DNA from: Cryomorphaceae bacterium
GTDB taxonomy: Bacteria > Bacteroidota > Bacteroidia > Flavobacteriales_D > Parvicellaceae
Assembly (NCBI GenBank): GCA_905182525.1
Contig: CAJJBV010000004.1
Coordinates: 132,068-196,067, forward strand
DNA length: 64,000 nucleotides
Direction: 5' to 3'
The translations under genes and the position numbers were made by a program. Each line of letters starts with the position of its first letter. The stretch's first letter is position 1. Under the pieces are notes generated by a model. That model was not told where the DNA came from. It worked only from the letters and a program-made list of their open reading frames with translations, and searched no databases. Below, one piece after another: positions 19,297-31,300 of the stretch.

Positions 19297-20148
19297 TTAA
19301 AAATGTTCAGAAATTAAATAGTCACAATTGTTTACAATTTTTTCGGCTAACTGAACATTGCCGCCTCCATGTGTTGATTGACTATTTTTAACATCTATAT
19401 TATTGATTATTGAAGCCCAGTTTAAGTCAATATTAATGCTGTAAGAGTTCGGTATGACCCCAATTAAGTTATTGGATTGAAGGTTATCAATAACAGTACT
19501 ATTAATTTCATAAATATTGCTAATATATTGATCACCACCAATATGAAATATAAAATTTTCATTAGTTTCAAAAATCCCATTTGAGTTTGAGTCTGCCGAA
19601 CCTTCAATTATTATAAATAAATAACTCCAATTAATTGGATTAGATCCCATTTGCCAATGAGTGCTAGGGGTTTGGTAAGATAAAGGGTTATTACTCATGT
19701 AATTAGCAGGATTAATATGATTTCTAATTGAATCAACCCCAATATAAAATTCAGATTTAATATTATCAATATTTGATATGTGACCTATTTGGTAAACATT
19801 TTCATCTGGGTGAATTAACATATGATTTACAGTGTCGTCTATAGATATATTACTATCATCGTAAAATCCGTTTTTCCCAAGATAGAAACTTGCTCTATTA
19901 AATTTAATTTTTGTTCCGAAATCATCATTATAAGTAGAATCTAAATAAAAAGTTAATGAATCATAAAAATGATGAGTTTGAAGAAAAAGTGCTTTAGTGT
20001 TTTGGTTTAAAAATTCACAAGAACCATCATCTTTCTTAGCTTTTTCATTATAGTTTAATGCAAGGGAATCGGTACACCCTTTTTTGTTGCAACTTGCAAT
20101 TAAAAGAGCGAAGATTAAACTTATGAATAATATTTTTTTTGAAATCAT
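19297..20148 (-). CDS. Lipoprotein, candidate MbnP-family partner of the di-haem peroxidase
   Basis: 283 aa, lipobox LIASC, small Cys motif GCTDSLALNYNEKAKKDDGSC. Lies 5 nt upstream of the CCP gene in the mbnP-mbnH gene order. The family assignment rests on context and recollection, not on a search. Confidence 0.45.
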   Translation of the reverse strand: MISKKILFISLIFALLIASCNKKGCTDSLALNYNEKAKKDDGSCEFLNQNTKALFLQTHHFYDSLTFYLDSTYNDDFGTKIKFNRASFYLGKNGFYDDSNISIDDTVNHMLIHPDENVYQIGHISNIDNIKSEFYIGVDSIRNHINPANYMSNNPLSYQTPSTHWQMGSNPINWSYLFIIIEGSADSNSNGIFETNENFIFHIGGDQYISNIYEINSTVIDNLQSNNLIGVIPNSYSINIDLNWASIINNIDVKNSQSTHGGGNVQLAEKIVNNCDYLISEHF

Positions 20149-20195
20149 ATTAAAATTTTATAGAAAATCTACGTTATTATTATTTATAATTTACA

Positions 20196-20203
20196 CAAAA
20201 ATA
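20196..20203 (-). promoter_or_regulatory. -7 box TATTTTTG (minus strand) in the 99-nt divergent region upstream of the MbnP-like gene
   Basis: + strand CAAAAATA. 48 nt before the ATG at 20148. Confidence 0.3.
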
Positions 20204-20247
20204 AGTTATTTTAAAAAAGGAAAAAGATTTGTTTAAATTTATCCTCT

Positions 20248-21501
20248 ATGATATTAAGATGGTTCATTTTTTTCTGTATAATAATTTTATGCAATTGGTA
20301 TTCTTCATTAGCTATTAAGACTGTCACAAAAAGCCCTTGGTTATATTACACTTATTTAGCTTTAAACTTTATAATTATTGCCAATTTTATTATTCAAATA
20401 AAAACAAATAATAATTCTAGATTAATGACTCCATTTTTCTCCTATTCACTTGGGTTTTTTATTATTGCAATAATTTTACAAAGCACTATCATCTTATTCT
20501 TGTTTATTGAGGATTTTTCAAGACTTTTAATTTGGCTTTATAGAGTTTTATTTAAAGGAACAAGTGATACTTTTAATTATGTCCCACAAAGAAGACTTTT
20601 TTTGTCTCAACTATCTATTTTATTAGCAAGTATTCCAGCCAGTGCCTTATTTATTGGCATGTTAAGAGGGAAATATAATTATAAGGTTATTAAACATCAA
20701 TTATCCTTTGAAAGGTTGCCCGACGATTTTAACAATTTTAAAATAGCACATATTTCAGATTTTCACTGTGGAAGTTTTGACAATAAAGAAAAATTGAAAT
20801 ATGGAATTGATCTAATAAATAAACAAGAACCAGATATTATTTTATTTACTGGTGACATGGTAAATAATATTGCAAATGAAGTTTTGCCATGGAAAGAAAT
20901 GATAAGCTCATTAAATGCTCCTTATGGTAAGTATTCAATTTTAGGTAATCATGATTATGGAGACTATGCCAAATGGGATAGTGAAGATGATAAAGTAAAT
21001 AATCTTAAGAAGTTAATTAAGTTACAAAATGATATGGGCTTCAAAGTTCTTTTAAATTCATCTGAAAAATTACACATCAATCAATCAAGTATTGAACTAA
21101 TAGGAGTAGAGAACTGGGGCAGTGGTGGATTTAAGAAAAATGGAGATTTAGATTTAGCTTTAAAAAATACAAATTCTAATGATTTTAAAATTTTAATGTC
21201 TCATGATCCGTCCCATTGGCAAAAAAAGGTGATTTTAAATAGCGAGCATATTGATCTTACTCTATCGGGACACACTCATGGAATGCAATTTGGAATTGAA
21301 ATTCCCGGTTTAATAAAATGGAGCCCTATCCAATATAGATATAAGTACTGGGCAGGTATTTATCAAGAAATGGGTAGAGTAATTAATGTAAATCGAGGAT
21401 TTGGATTCCTAGCATATCCAGGAAGAGTTGGTATTTATCCTGAGATTTCTATTATTAATCTTAAAAAAAAGGAAATAAAAAAGCCATTAAATAATGGGTA
21501 A
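20248..21501 (+). CDS. Membrane-anchored metallophosphoesterase (calcineurin-like, YkuE/YaeI type)
   Basis: N-terminal TM helices followed by IAHISDFHCG, TGDMVNN, GNHDYG and SGHTHGMQFG. Confidence 0.85.
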   Translation: MILRWFIFFCIIILCNWYSSLAIKTVTKSPWLYYTYLALNFIIIANFIIQIKTNNNSRLMTPFFSYSLGFFIIAIILQSTIILFLFIEDFSRLLIWLYRVLFKGTSDTFNYVPQRRLFLSQLSILLASIPASALFIGMLRGKYNYKVIKHQLSFERLPDDFNNFKIAHISDFHCGSFDNKEKLKYGIDLINKQEPDIILFTGDMVNNIANEVLPWKEMISSLNAPYGKYSILGNHDYGDYAKWDSEDDKVNNLKKLIKLQNDMGFKVLLNSSEKLHINQSSIELIGVENWGSGGFKKNGDLDLALKNTNSNDFKILMSHDPSHWQKKVILNSEHIDLTLSGHTHGMQFGIEIPGLIKWSPIQYRYKYWAGIYQEMGRVINVNRGFGFLAYPGRVGIYPEISIINLKKKEIKKPLNNG

Positions 21502-24500
21502 TCAACTTTTAGTATATAGATCATCTGCTGGGTCTGGAAAGACTTATTCACTTGTGAAAACTTATTTATCTCTTTTATTTAAAATTAAATCTGACTATGG
21601 ATTTAAGCAGGTTCTAGCGATCACATTTACAAATAAAGCTGCTGATGAAATGAAGAAAAGAGTTTTGGATGCTTTAGATTCTATTTATTTAGAGGGTCCA
21701 CAAAATAAGCTTGCTTTAGAAATTTCGAAAGAAAATAATTTTGACATTAATCAAGTTGTTAAAAGAGCAAAAACAATCACAATCAAAATATTGCATAATT
21801 ATAAGGATTTTAACCTTATGACAATTGACAAGTTCACTAATAGAGTTATAAGATCTTTTTCTAATGAGTTAGGAATTTCTAATAATTATAATATTGTTTT
21901 AGAAGAAGAGGAATTTTTAGAAGAAGTTATTTCAAAATATATAGATGAATTTTCTAAAGACAAGGAACAATTAAAAATTCTTGAACTGATGATTGATCAG
22001 TCAATCCAGCTTGATGTAAATAATGATATTGAGCGTCAATTAAATAAATTAAAAAAAATTATTTTTAAATCAAGTAGGAGGTTTAAAAATTCCATGAGCA
22101 AAGAAGATATTTCTAAATTAAAAATTTTTCTTTTTAAGAAATTAATTGATTCTAAAAATAAATTAAAAGAGATAGGGGAGTCTGGCATTAAAATTTTAAA
22201 GGATTCTAATGTGCTAGATTCCTGGCTATCCTATGGCCGAGTAAATATTATTCTTAATACTTTTAATAATCTTGCTAACCTGAATTATAAAGATATTGAA
22301 AAATGGAATTCTTGGCTTTTAAAAGCTCAGTGGTTTAAAAAGTCATTGAGTAAGGAAGAAATATCAATTATTGAATCAATTTCTGGTTCTATTATTACTA
22401 AAATGACTTCAATAATTAATGAACTTTCATATAGACTTAAATTATTAGAAGTTCACAAATTAATAGTTCCTTTTTCTATGATTCAATCTCTTATGGATAG
22501 TATTAGTAAGGAAAAGCAAAATCAAAATTCTATTTTAATTTCAGACTTTAATAATTTGGTAAGTGAGATTATAAAAAACGAACCTGCAGGATTTATATTT
22601 GAAAAAATCGGAAGTAAATATCAATATATATTAATTGATGAATTTCAAGATACTTCAACTCTTCAGTGGAATAATTTAATTCCTTTAGTTCATGAGTCTT
22701 TGTCAGTAGGAGGTGAAAATTTAATAGTTGGAGATGCAAAACAAGCTATTTATAGATGGAGAAACGGAAATGTTAATCAATTTATAGAACTTCCAAAAAT
22801 TTCAGATTTGTCTTTAAAGCAAAGTTATGAATCTCTTTTTACCACATCATTTATTGAAAAAAAGCTGGAAAATAATTGGCGATCTTCTATTAATATTATT
22901 GATTTCAATAATTGGATATTTAAAGATATTATTGACAATTTAAACTCAGATAATCTAAAAAAAGCTTATCAAAATTTATCTCAATATTGTAAAAGAAATT
23001 TTCATGGTTTAGTTAATATACAGGTTTCAGAAAAATCTGAATTCGAGTTAAATAGTTTTTTAAAAATAAATATATCAAACGCTTTAAACAACGGTTATAA
23101 ACTTGAAGATATTTCAATTTTAGTAAGGTCTAAAAAAGATGGACTCAAAGTAGTGAATAGCATGCTTGAATTAGACATCCCTTTTATTTCTGACGATAGT
23201 TTGTTTTTAAGTTCTTCCATTGCTTTCAAAGTTTTAAATTCAGCTTTAAATTTTTTCGAATTTAATGAAAGTAGAGATCATATAATTTTAGTGCACTTTT
23301 TAGAAAATTATTTTTCTTTTGACATTTTAAATTTCGAAGCTGCTAAAAAAAGTCTGAAAGACTTTGATTTTAAATATTACGCTAATTTATCTGATTTCGA
23401 AAAGCTTAGTTTTACTCTTAATTTACTAAAGATTAATCCTAATGATCCTTTTGTTGATTTTTTCATGAATTTATCACATCAATTATTACTTAAGGATAAT
23501 TTTTCAATGTTGATGTTGCTTAATTATTATGAGCAAAAGTCAAACTCTTTAACAGTAGAAAATGCACCTAAAAATGCACTTCAAATTTTAACTGTCCATA
23601 AATCAAAAGGTCTTGAATTTCCTGTTGTAATAGTTCCTTTTACTAATTGGGATACAAAAAATAATAATGATACTCCATATACCTTTATTAGTAATGTTGA
23701 TTTAATTGACTATAATATTGACCTATATATTGGTGAAATGTCTAATAAAAGTTTAACTCATCTAGACAAGAAATTTATTTACGAGATTGAAGAAGGCGAA
23801 GTTCTTTTAGATAAAATGAATTTATATTATGTTGCTTTTACAAGAGCTATTGATCAACTTTATATTTCTTTTGAAGAATCTAATAATGAAAATAATATTT
23901 CTAATTTAATGATTTCTAGCATCAAAAATCATTCTGATTATAATTTTGAAACTAAAAGTTTGATTTTTTCTAAAAACAATGAAAAGCCTACTATTAAACG
24001 ATTGAAAGAGCAATCAATCAGCAAAAAATTAGATCTTCCAATAAGTTTTTCTAATAGTTATTTTAATAGTTTTAACGATAATTTGAAGTTTAAACCTTCA
24101 ATTAATTTTGGCACTTTTTTCCACGATGTTATAAGTAAAATTTATACTGATTTTTCTACAGGCTATAAATATTTAGATAGTCAAACATTCAACACATCTT
24201 TTGATTCTAGTTTTATACTTAAGTGTAAAGATTTGCTTCAAAAAATTGAGAATAATAAATCTTTATCCTTTATATATCAATCCAATCAGCTTATTTATAA
24301 TGAAAGAGAATTTTTATCAAGTGACGGTGAAATATATAGATTAGATAGATTATTAATTCAGAATAATAAAGCAATAATAATTGATTATAAAACTTCTAAA
24401 GGCGATAATGATATTAATCAATTAACAAATTATTTAACTAATATTAATTTGTGTGAATTCGACAATGTTTCTGCATTTCTATTGTATGTTTCTAATAATG

Positions 24501-24526
24501 AATTATTGGAAGTTACTTTGAAATGA
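21494..24526 (+). CDS. UvrD/Rep-type helicase with C-terminal PD-(D/E)XK nuclease, AddA/RecB-like
   Basis: Walker A SSAGSGKTYS, ILIDEFQDTS, VGDAKQAIYRWR, TVHKSKGLEF, YVAFTRA. C-terminal nuclease motifs RLDRL and IIDYKTSK. Its start overlaps the preceding gene by 8 nt. Confidence 0.82.
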   Translation: MGNQLLVYRSSAGSGKTYSLVKTYLSLLFKIKSDYGFKQVLAITFTNKAADEMKKRVLDALDSIYLEGPQNKLALEISKENNFDINQVVKRAKTITIKILHNYKDFNLMTIDKFTNRVIRSFSNELGISNNYNIVLEEEEFLEEVISKYIDEFSKDKEQLKILELMIDQSIQLDVNNDIERQLNKLKKIIFKSSRRFKNSMSKEDISKLKIFLFKKLIDSKNKLKEIGESGIKILKDSNVLDSWLSYGRVNIILNTFNNLANLNYKDIEKWNSWLLKAQWFKKSLSKEEISIIESISGSIITKMTSIINELSYRLKLLEVHKLIVPFSMIQSLMDSISKEKQNQNSILISDFNNLVSEIIKNEPAGFIFEKIGSKYQYILIDEFQDTSTLQWNNLIPLVHESLSVGGENLIVGDAKQAIYRWRNGNVNQFIELPKISDLSLKQSYESLFTTSFIEKKLENNWRSSINIIDFNNWIFKDIIDNLNSDNLKKAYQNLSQYCKRNFHGLVNIQVSEKSEFELNSFLKINISNALNNGYKLEDISILVRSKKDGLKVVNSMLELDIPFISDDSLFLSSSIAFKVLNSALNFFEFNESRDHIILVHFLENYFSFDILNFEAAKKSLKDFDFKYYANLSDFEKLSFTLNLLKINPNDPFVDFFMNLSHQLLLKDNFSMLMLLNYYEQKSNSLTVENAPKNALQILTVHKSKGLEFPVVIVPFTNWDTKNNNDTPYTFISNVDLIDYNIDLYIGEMSNKSLTHLDKKFIYEIEEGEVLLDKMNLYYVAFTRAIDQLYISFEESNNENNISNLMISSIKNHSDYNFETKSLIFSKNNEKPTIKRLKEQSISKKLDLPISFSNSYFNSFNDNLKFKPSINFGTFFHDVISKIYTDFSTGYKYLDSQTFNTSFDSSFILKCKDLLQKIENNKSLSFIYQSNQLIYNEREFLSSDGEIYRLDRLLIQNNKAIIIDYKTSKGDNDINQLTNYLTNINLCEFDNVSAFLLYVSNNELLEVTLK

Positions 24527-25346
24527 TATCTGGATAATCTGTAATTATTCCATCAACACCTAAAGCAATTAACTTTTTATAATCCTTTAATTTGTTAACT
24601 GTCCATGCATAAATTATTTGTTTATTCTTATGAATTCCAGAAATTATTGATTTAGATATTAATTTATAATCTACTCCAAATCCATAAGGCTTAAAATCCA
24701 ATAATTTAGTTTGAGATCCGAATTCTTTATTTTCGGAAAGATATATATATTTTGAGTCAGGCATTATTTTATGAAGTTCATTTAAAATTTTAATATTAAA
24801 TGACATGAAGTATAGATTTTTAAATTCTTTACCTTTTTTAGATTCTTCATAAATTATTCTAGCATATGTTGAATAGTCTGGGTAATATTCATTAATCTTA
24901 TTTGAGTCATATTTTATTTCAAAGAGTATATCTCCTTCATAACCTATTAATACTTCGCTAAACTCTTTGAATGTTGGTTTTTGTTCCTTAACCTTAATTT
25001 GATTTGGAAATTCTTTGATAAATTTACTTCCGCAATCTACTTCTTGAATTTCTTTTATATTCATTTTAAATATATTTTCTTCTTTATTTAAAACATTTTT
25101 TATGCAATATAGACTGTCTATATAAGGTTCATGAGAAATAACTAATTCTAGATTTTTATTTACAACTATATCTAGTTCTATGCCATCAACATTTAATTCC
25201 ATTGCTTTTTTAAATCCATTCAAAGTGTTTTCAGGATATATTCCTCTACAACCTCTATGTCCAAATATTTTATATTGGTTTTGAGATAATATTGTTGTAA
25301 AGTTTAAGAAAAATAATAGTATTAATGCTTTCTTAACTTGAATCAT
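24513..25346 (-). CDS. Glycerophosphodiester phosphodiesterase, secreted
   Basis: Signal peptide, then FGHRGCRGIYPENTLNGF...VDGIELDIV and GVDGIITDYP. ATGA overlap with the stop of the adhesin gene upstream. Confidence 0.85.
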   Translation of the reverse strand: MIQVKKALILLFFLNFTTILSQNQYKIFGHRGCRGIYPENTLNGFKKAMELNVDGIELDIVVNKNLELVISHEPYIDSLYCIKNVLNKEENIFKMNIKEIQEVDCGSKFIKEFPNQIKVKEQKPTFKEFSEVLIGYEGDILFEIKYDSNKINEYYPDYSTYARIIYEESKKGKEFKNLYFMSFNIKILNELHKIMPDSKYIYLSENKEFGSQTKLLDFKPYGFGVDYKLISKSIISGIHKNKQIIYAWTVNKLKDYKKLIALGVDGIITDYPDIISK

Positions 25347-28300
25347 CTAAACAAATTTAGCGTACCACTAAATTGGTTTGATTCGACAGTAAGTGTGTAG
25401 AAATATGTTCCCGGAGGTGATTCACTACCAGAACTATTTCTTCCATCCCATCTTAAGTCATATCCTGATGAAAAGTATTGAAGCTGTCCCCATCTATTAT
25501 AGATATTTAGCTCTGAACATTCTTTAATTGCATCAGGCATAAAAATTTCAAAAACATCATTTTGTCCGTCATTATTTGGGGAAAACACATTAGGGTCAGT
25601 TATGGAAAAGTAATCATTAAATGAAAGAGCATTTCCATTGTTATTTAAACTACTTATACACCCATTTGAATCATTTACAAATAATGTTCCAATATACTCA
25701 GAATTAAAATTATAAATTCTAATAACTTCATCTTCGAATGCACTATCTGAGTTATTAAAAATCCAATAAAATTCTAGCTCTTGGTCTGAAGTATTTATGT
25801 ACTCTACTTCTATTCCTTTGCATCTTGGGGTTAATGTAGTGTCAAAAGTAGCTTCAATTGAAGGAACTTCAATTTTTATGGTATCTATAACAACACATCT
25901 AGCTCCGTCAATAAAATTAACTAAATAAGTTGTTGTTTGAGAGGGAGATAATATTGGATTTCCAATATTTGGATTTGAAACTCCGTCTACAGGTAGCCAA
26001 AATACCGCACTTGGCGTATCTCCATATATATTTGCTTGATAAGAATCCCCTTCGCATATCAGAGTATCATCAGAAGTATTTGCCAAAAATATTGAAATTT
26101 TCACAGTATCTGTATCTATACATCCGTTACTATCTGTTACTTGAACTACAAAACTTGTATCGTTATCAATAAATGCAATTGGATTTGCAACATCTGGGTG
26201 ATTTAAATACAAGCTGTCATACCATAAGTAACTTACTCCACCAGAAGCTTGTAATAATATTGGAACATTTGCACAAGTATCAATATCGTCTCCGGCATTT
26301 GCTATTGCACTTGGTGAAATGTCAATAATTACAGTGTCATAATTTACACATCCATAGAGGTCTGTAACTTTTAAAATATAATTAGTTATTGTATTTGGAT
26401 TTGCTATTGGGTTACAAATATTAGTATCAGATAAACTTGTTGAATTTATCCATTGACAATTAGTTCCTCCACTACCGTTCAGTTGAATTGGAATTGCTCG
26501 ACAGGTAGATGAATCATTTCCAGCAAAGGCATTAGGAAGAGGTAAAACTGTTATAAGTATTGAGTCAGTACTTGAGCAGCCATTCAAATTAGTTCCAGTC
26601 ATATAATAATAAGATGTAGAATTTGGATAAATTGTAGGATTTGCAATATTATTATTAGATATAAATTGGTTTGGAGACCAATTATAAACAGAATTAGCAC
26701 CTGAACCAAGAAGGTTTAGTGAGTCTGTTGAACAAGTAGTGTCTTGACCTAAAATATCTAAATTAGGTAGATCATTTATAAATACTGAAATAGAATCAAA
26801 ATTAGTACAGCTATTACTATCTGTAAGTGCTAATATATATACTGTATCAATTTGAGAATAAATTATTGGATTTGATACTGTAATATTATTAATTAGATAA
26901 TTAGGAGACCATAAATACGATTGGCTTGGGATGGATGGGAAAGATATTTGAATACTATCATTTAAACAATAAGATAAATCTTGACCTAAATTAACTATTG
27001 GCAGTGGCTTAATAAAGACTGTAGAAGAATCTTGTATAAAACATCCGTTTACATCAAATATGCTGACAGTGAAAACAGTTGAATCAATTGGGAATACTAA
27101 CGGGTTTTGCGAAGAAAAATTTGAAATAATTGTATCTCCATTCGAATTGGTAATTGGCGACCAAGTATATAAACTACCTCCAATTACGTCTAAAAATATA
27201 CTTTCTCCATTGCAAATGGAGGTGTCCTCAATAGTAGTATTTGCAATTATTTCAGGAAAATAATTTATAAAAACAGAATCAATTCCTGAACAAGTATCAT
27301 TAGTAGTTTCAACGGTAAACCAAATAGGAGTTGTAATCTGAGCTGTTGGATTAGAACTAATAGAGTCACTTAAGTTTAAATAAGGTGTCCATATATATGT
27401 TGAATTAATAGGAGCGGTTGGGTTCCCACCTAAAACTAAATCTGAAGTAAGACAAATTGAAACAGTATCACTTCCATTCCCAGCATCAGTGGGGACTATA
27501 GAGTTTACTTTCAACATTAAAGTATCATAACTAGTACAATTATTGGTGTCAATCACTTTAACTACGTAAGTTTCATCATCTAAAGGTCTGGCAAGTGGAT
27601 TACTGATATTTGAGCTGCCAATTAGGGTGGAATCGGGAAACCAATTATATGTAACTCCACCATTTGCTTGAAGATTCAATGAATTACCTGGACATAACCA
27701 TAAATCTGGTCCAGCAGCTGCAACTGGTAAATCAAATAAACTAACTCTTACGGTATCAGAAGAAATACAAAAATTGTTATCAATTCCTCTTACTATGTAA
27801 TCTGTTGAGACAAGAGGCCAAACTTGAATATTATTTCCAACTGATGAAGAAATGTTTAAATTGGGAATCCACTGGTAATCTACTCCGCCGCTAACTGCTA
27901 AAGAAGCTGTATCTCCAAGACATACTGTTTGGTCATCTCCTGCATCTATAACTGGCAAGCTATTGACGCTGATATTAATTTCAGAAGAATCTGAGCAAGA
28001 ATTATTCCCAGTAACAACTACTTCATATACACTAGATGTAGATGGCCAAACTTTAGGATTGAAAATATTTATGTCACTGATTGAATCAGTGTTAAGCCAA
28101 GTGTAAGAAACACCACCAGATGCAAATAATCTAATTGTGTCTCCTAAACATATTGATAAATTGTTTGAAGTTGTTATAATTGGAGATTCTTTTATGCTTA
28201 CTTCAATAGTATCTGAATTAGAGCAATTGTTTAAATCTGTTCCCGTTACAATATATTGAGTTAAAACAGATGGAAAAACAAATGGATCATTTAAAGTATT

Positions 28301-31300
28301 GTTAGAAATATTATTGTTTGGAGACCATATATAATTTAGTGCTCCAGATGCAAAAATTTGTATAGAATCTCCAATACACAACGAATCATCTTGACCAGCA
28401 TCTATAATTGGCAAATTAATTACACTTATAGTCAATGTATCTTTATTACTGCAATTACTAATATTGTTAATTCCTGTTACTATATAATCTTGTGTTGAAG
28501 TAACTAAAAATGAGGAATTATCTGATATACCATTATTCCAAGAATAAGAGGATGCATTTCCAGATACATTTACTGAAGTTGAATCATTAAAGCATATTCT
28601 TTGATCACTTCCTGCGTCTACTATTGGTTTTGGATTTACATTTATTAAAATTTCAGCAGTATCTACACATGTATTCGGTCCATTTGCTAAAACTTTAAAT
28701 GTAGTAGCTGTAATAGGCCAAACTAGAGGATTTGCGATATTTATATTAGATATATTACTAGAATTAAACCATGAAAAAACAGTCGCTCCAAAGACTTCAA
28801 TTTCAACTGAATCCCCTTCACATATTAAAGTATCATTTGTAGTCGTAAGTACGGGTAAGGGATTAACATCAATATTAATCGTATCGGTTTTTTCGCATCC
28901 ATTATTTAAAGTTCCCGTAAGTATATATGTTATTGAACTATTGGGTCTAGCAAATGGATCAGAAACGTTAGGATCACTTAACGAAGTTGAAGGAGACCAA
29001 GAATAATTATCAGCTCCCTGACCAACTAGTTTAATAGAGTCATTTACACATAGGTTTATATCACTTCCAGCGTCTGTTGCAGGTGCTGTTAACCCAGTTA
29101 TTAATACTGAATCAGTATTTGTACAACCATTGGCACTTGTTGCTGTAAGAATATAATTTTGGGTATTAAGAACTTCAAAAGCTTGACCATCAACTACACC
29201 ATTATCCCACGAGTAACTTGCAGCGTTTCCATTAGAATTTAAAATTATAGAATCTCCAATGCAAAGAGTAGAAGGGTTTCCAGCATTTACTGTTGGTAAT
29301 TGTTTAACAGTAATTTGAAATGTATCTTTTACAAAACATCCAAAACTATTAGTTCCAGTAAAATAATAAGTCGAGTTCAAAGCAGGGTTGAAAATAGGTG
29401 ATTTAATGGTATTGTCATTTATAGAGTCATTGGGGGACCATGAATAGAAATCTGTATTAACTGGTGAATTAATTGTAACAGTGTCGTTAAGACATAAATC
29501 AATATCTGGAATAGGGGTAAAACCGGAATTTCCCCCAGGTACAGGACTAACAAAAACAATGACAGAATCTTTATCAATACAATTGTTTAAGGATGTGTAT
29601 TGTATAAAATATGTAGTAGTATCCGTAGGCCATACCTGAGTAGATATGGTATTAGTAGAAATAATATTTAAATTCGGTGTCCATACATAATTAGTTCCAG
29701 TTCCAATTGCATTTAGCTGAGCAGTATCTCCCTCACAAATTGTAACATTACTACCAGCATCTATATTTCCAACATCAACAGTTACTAAAATGGTGTCAAT
29801 TCCTGCACAACTCAATCCTTGTTGTATTGATAAATAATACTTAGTTGTAGTGTTTGGCTTAACATAAGTATTCATAGTATTTGTAGATGAAATACTTGTG
29901 TTAGGACCCCATAAAGATGTATATCCAGGTAATGCTGTTGTAGTTCCTGAAAGTAAAACACTGTCACCTAAACAAATAGTTACAGGATTCCCAGCATTAA
30001 CTACTGGTCCAGGAGTAATAGTTGTATTCACAGAGATAGGATCAGATTCACAGCCATATTGATTCACAGCTTTTAGAAATACAGCTCCAGTTCCAGGTGA
30101 ATTCCAACGTATTTTAACACTATCGCCATAGTCCTGTGTAATTGTGCCATTACTGGAGACATCCCAAGTGTAATCTGTAATACTTGGATTATTATCAGTT
30201 GTATAAACAATCTCGGTATTTTCACAGTCTGTTAATAACCCATAAATATTAGCTGGTGGTGTAGTTTTGTTAACAGTTACTTCATAAACAAAACTAGTAG
30301 TTTTTGGAGGACAACCTCTGTCTTTAACCGAAGCTGAAAAAATATATGGTAAAGCTTGTGCTTGTCCACAACCAGTATTCCAATTAAAAGTAGTATTAAT
30401 AGTATCTATTCCATTGGGTGGATCACTGTATAAAGTGTCAAAATACCCTCCAACTGTTGCAGGTGGATTTGTGAATAAAGAATCAAAAAGCTGACCAGTT
30501 ACATTCAAAAGTATGCTATCTGCTGGTGAATTTGGATCATAAAAACCAAAATCAAAACTTAAACTTTCACCTTCCTCAATTGAAAATACAGTACCTGTAG
30601 AACCTGCCTGCAGGATTCAAATTTGGCGCTGCATTTGGCGGGCATGGAAGAACATTAAGCTGAACTTCTCTAGTAGAAATACCTATTAATTGTCCATTTC
30701 TAAATTCTTTTATCATAATTGCAACAACAAATTTACCTAAAGAAGTAGAATAATATTTAGTAAGACCATTGGATGCGGAAATGGAATATCTTCCCCCGGG
30801 TCCAAAGGGATCATTGTAGGAAAAATTGGTATTATAAGTTACTTTTTCAATTGGCAATGAATAAGTAGGGCTTGGGTACCAATTCAAATTTCCACCTCCT
30901 GGACCAGGGCCACCAGAACCAGTTTGATTAGAACCGCCGCCGCCGCCACTAGCATGATTTCCATCTAATGGAGCTAAAAATTCAAAAACAAGTTTGTCTC
31001 CATCGGGATCAATTGCAGTATTTAAGAATGTACTAGTGTCATTGACACAAAGAAAAGGGACAGGATTATCTGTAAAAACTGGGCTGTCATTTTTAAATCC
31101 GTAAGGTGGTACATATGCGAAAAAAGCCATTCCAGCTGCATCAGCATCTTGGATATTATCAATTCCATCATTTCTACAACAAGCCTCATGAATTAAAAAA
31201 TAACCAATTGTTGTTTGATTGTTAGCAGGATTGATTGGTAATAAATCTACTATCCCAGTATATAGCACGGTGTAAACGCATACTGAATCTCCTCCAACTG

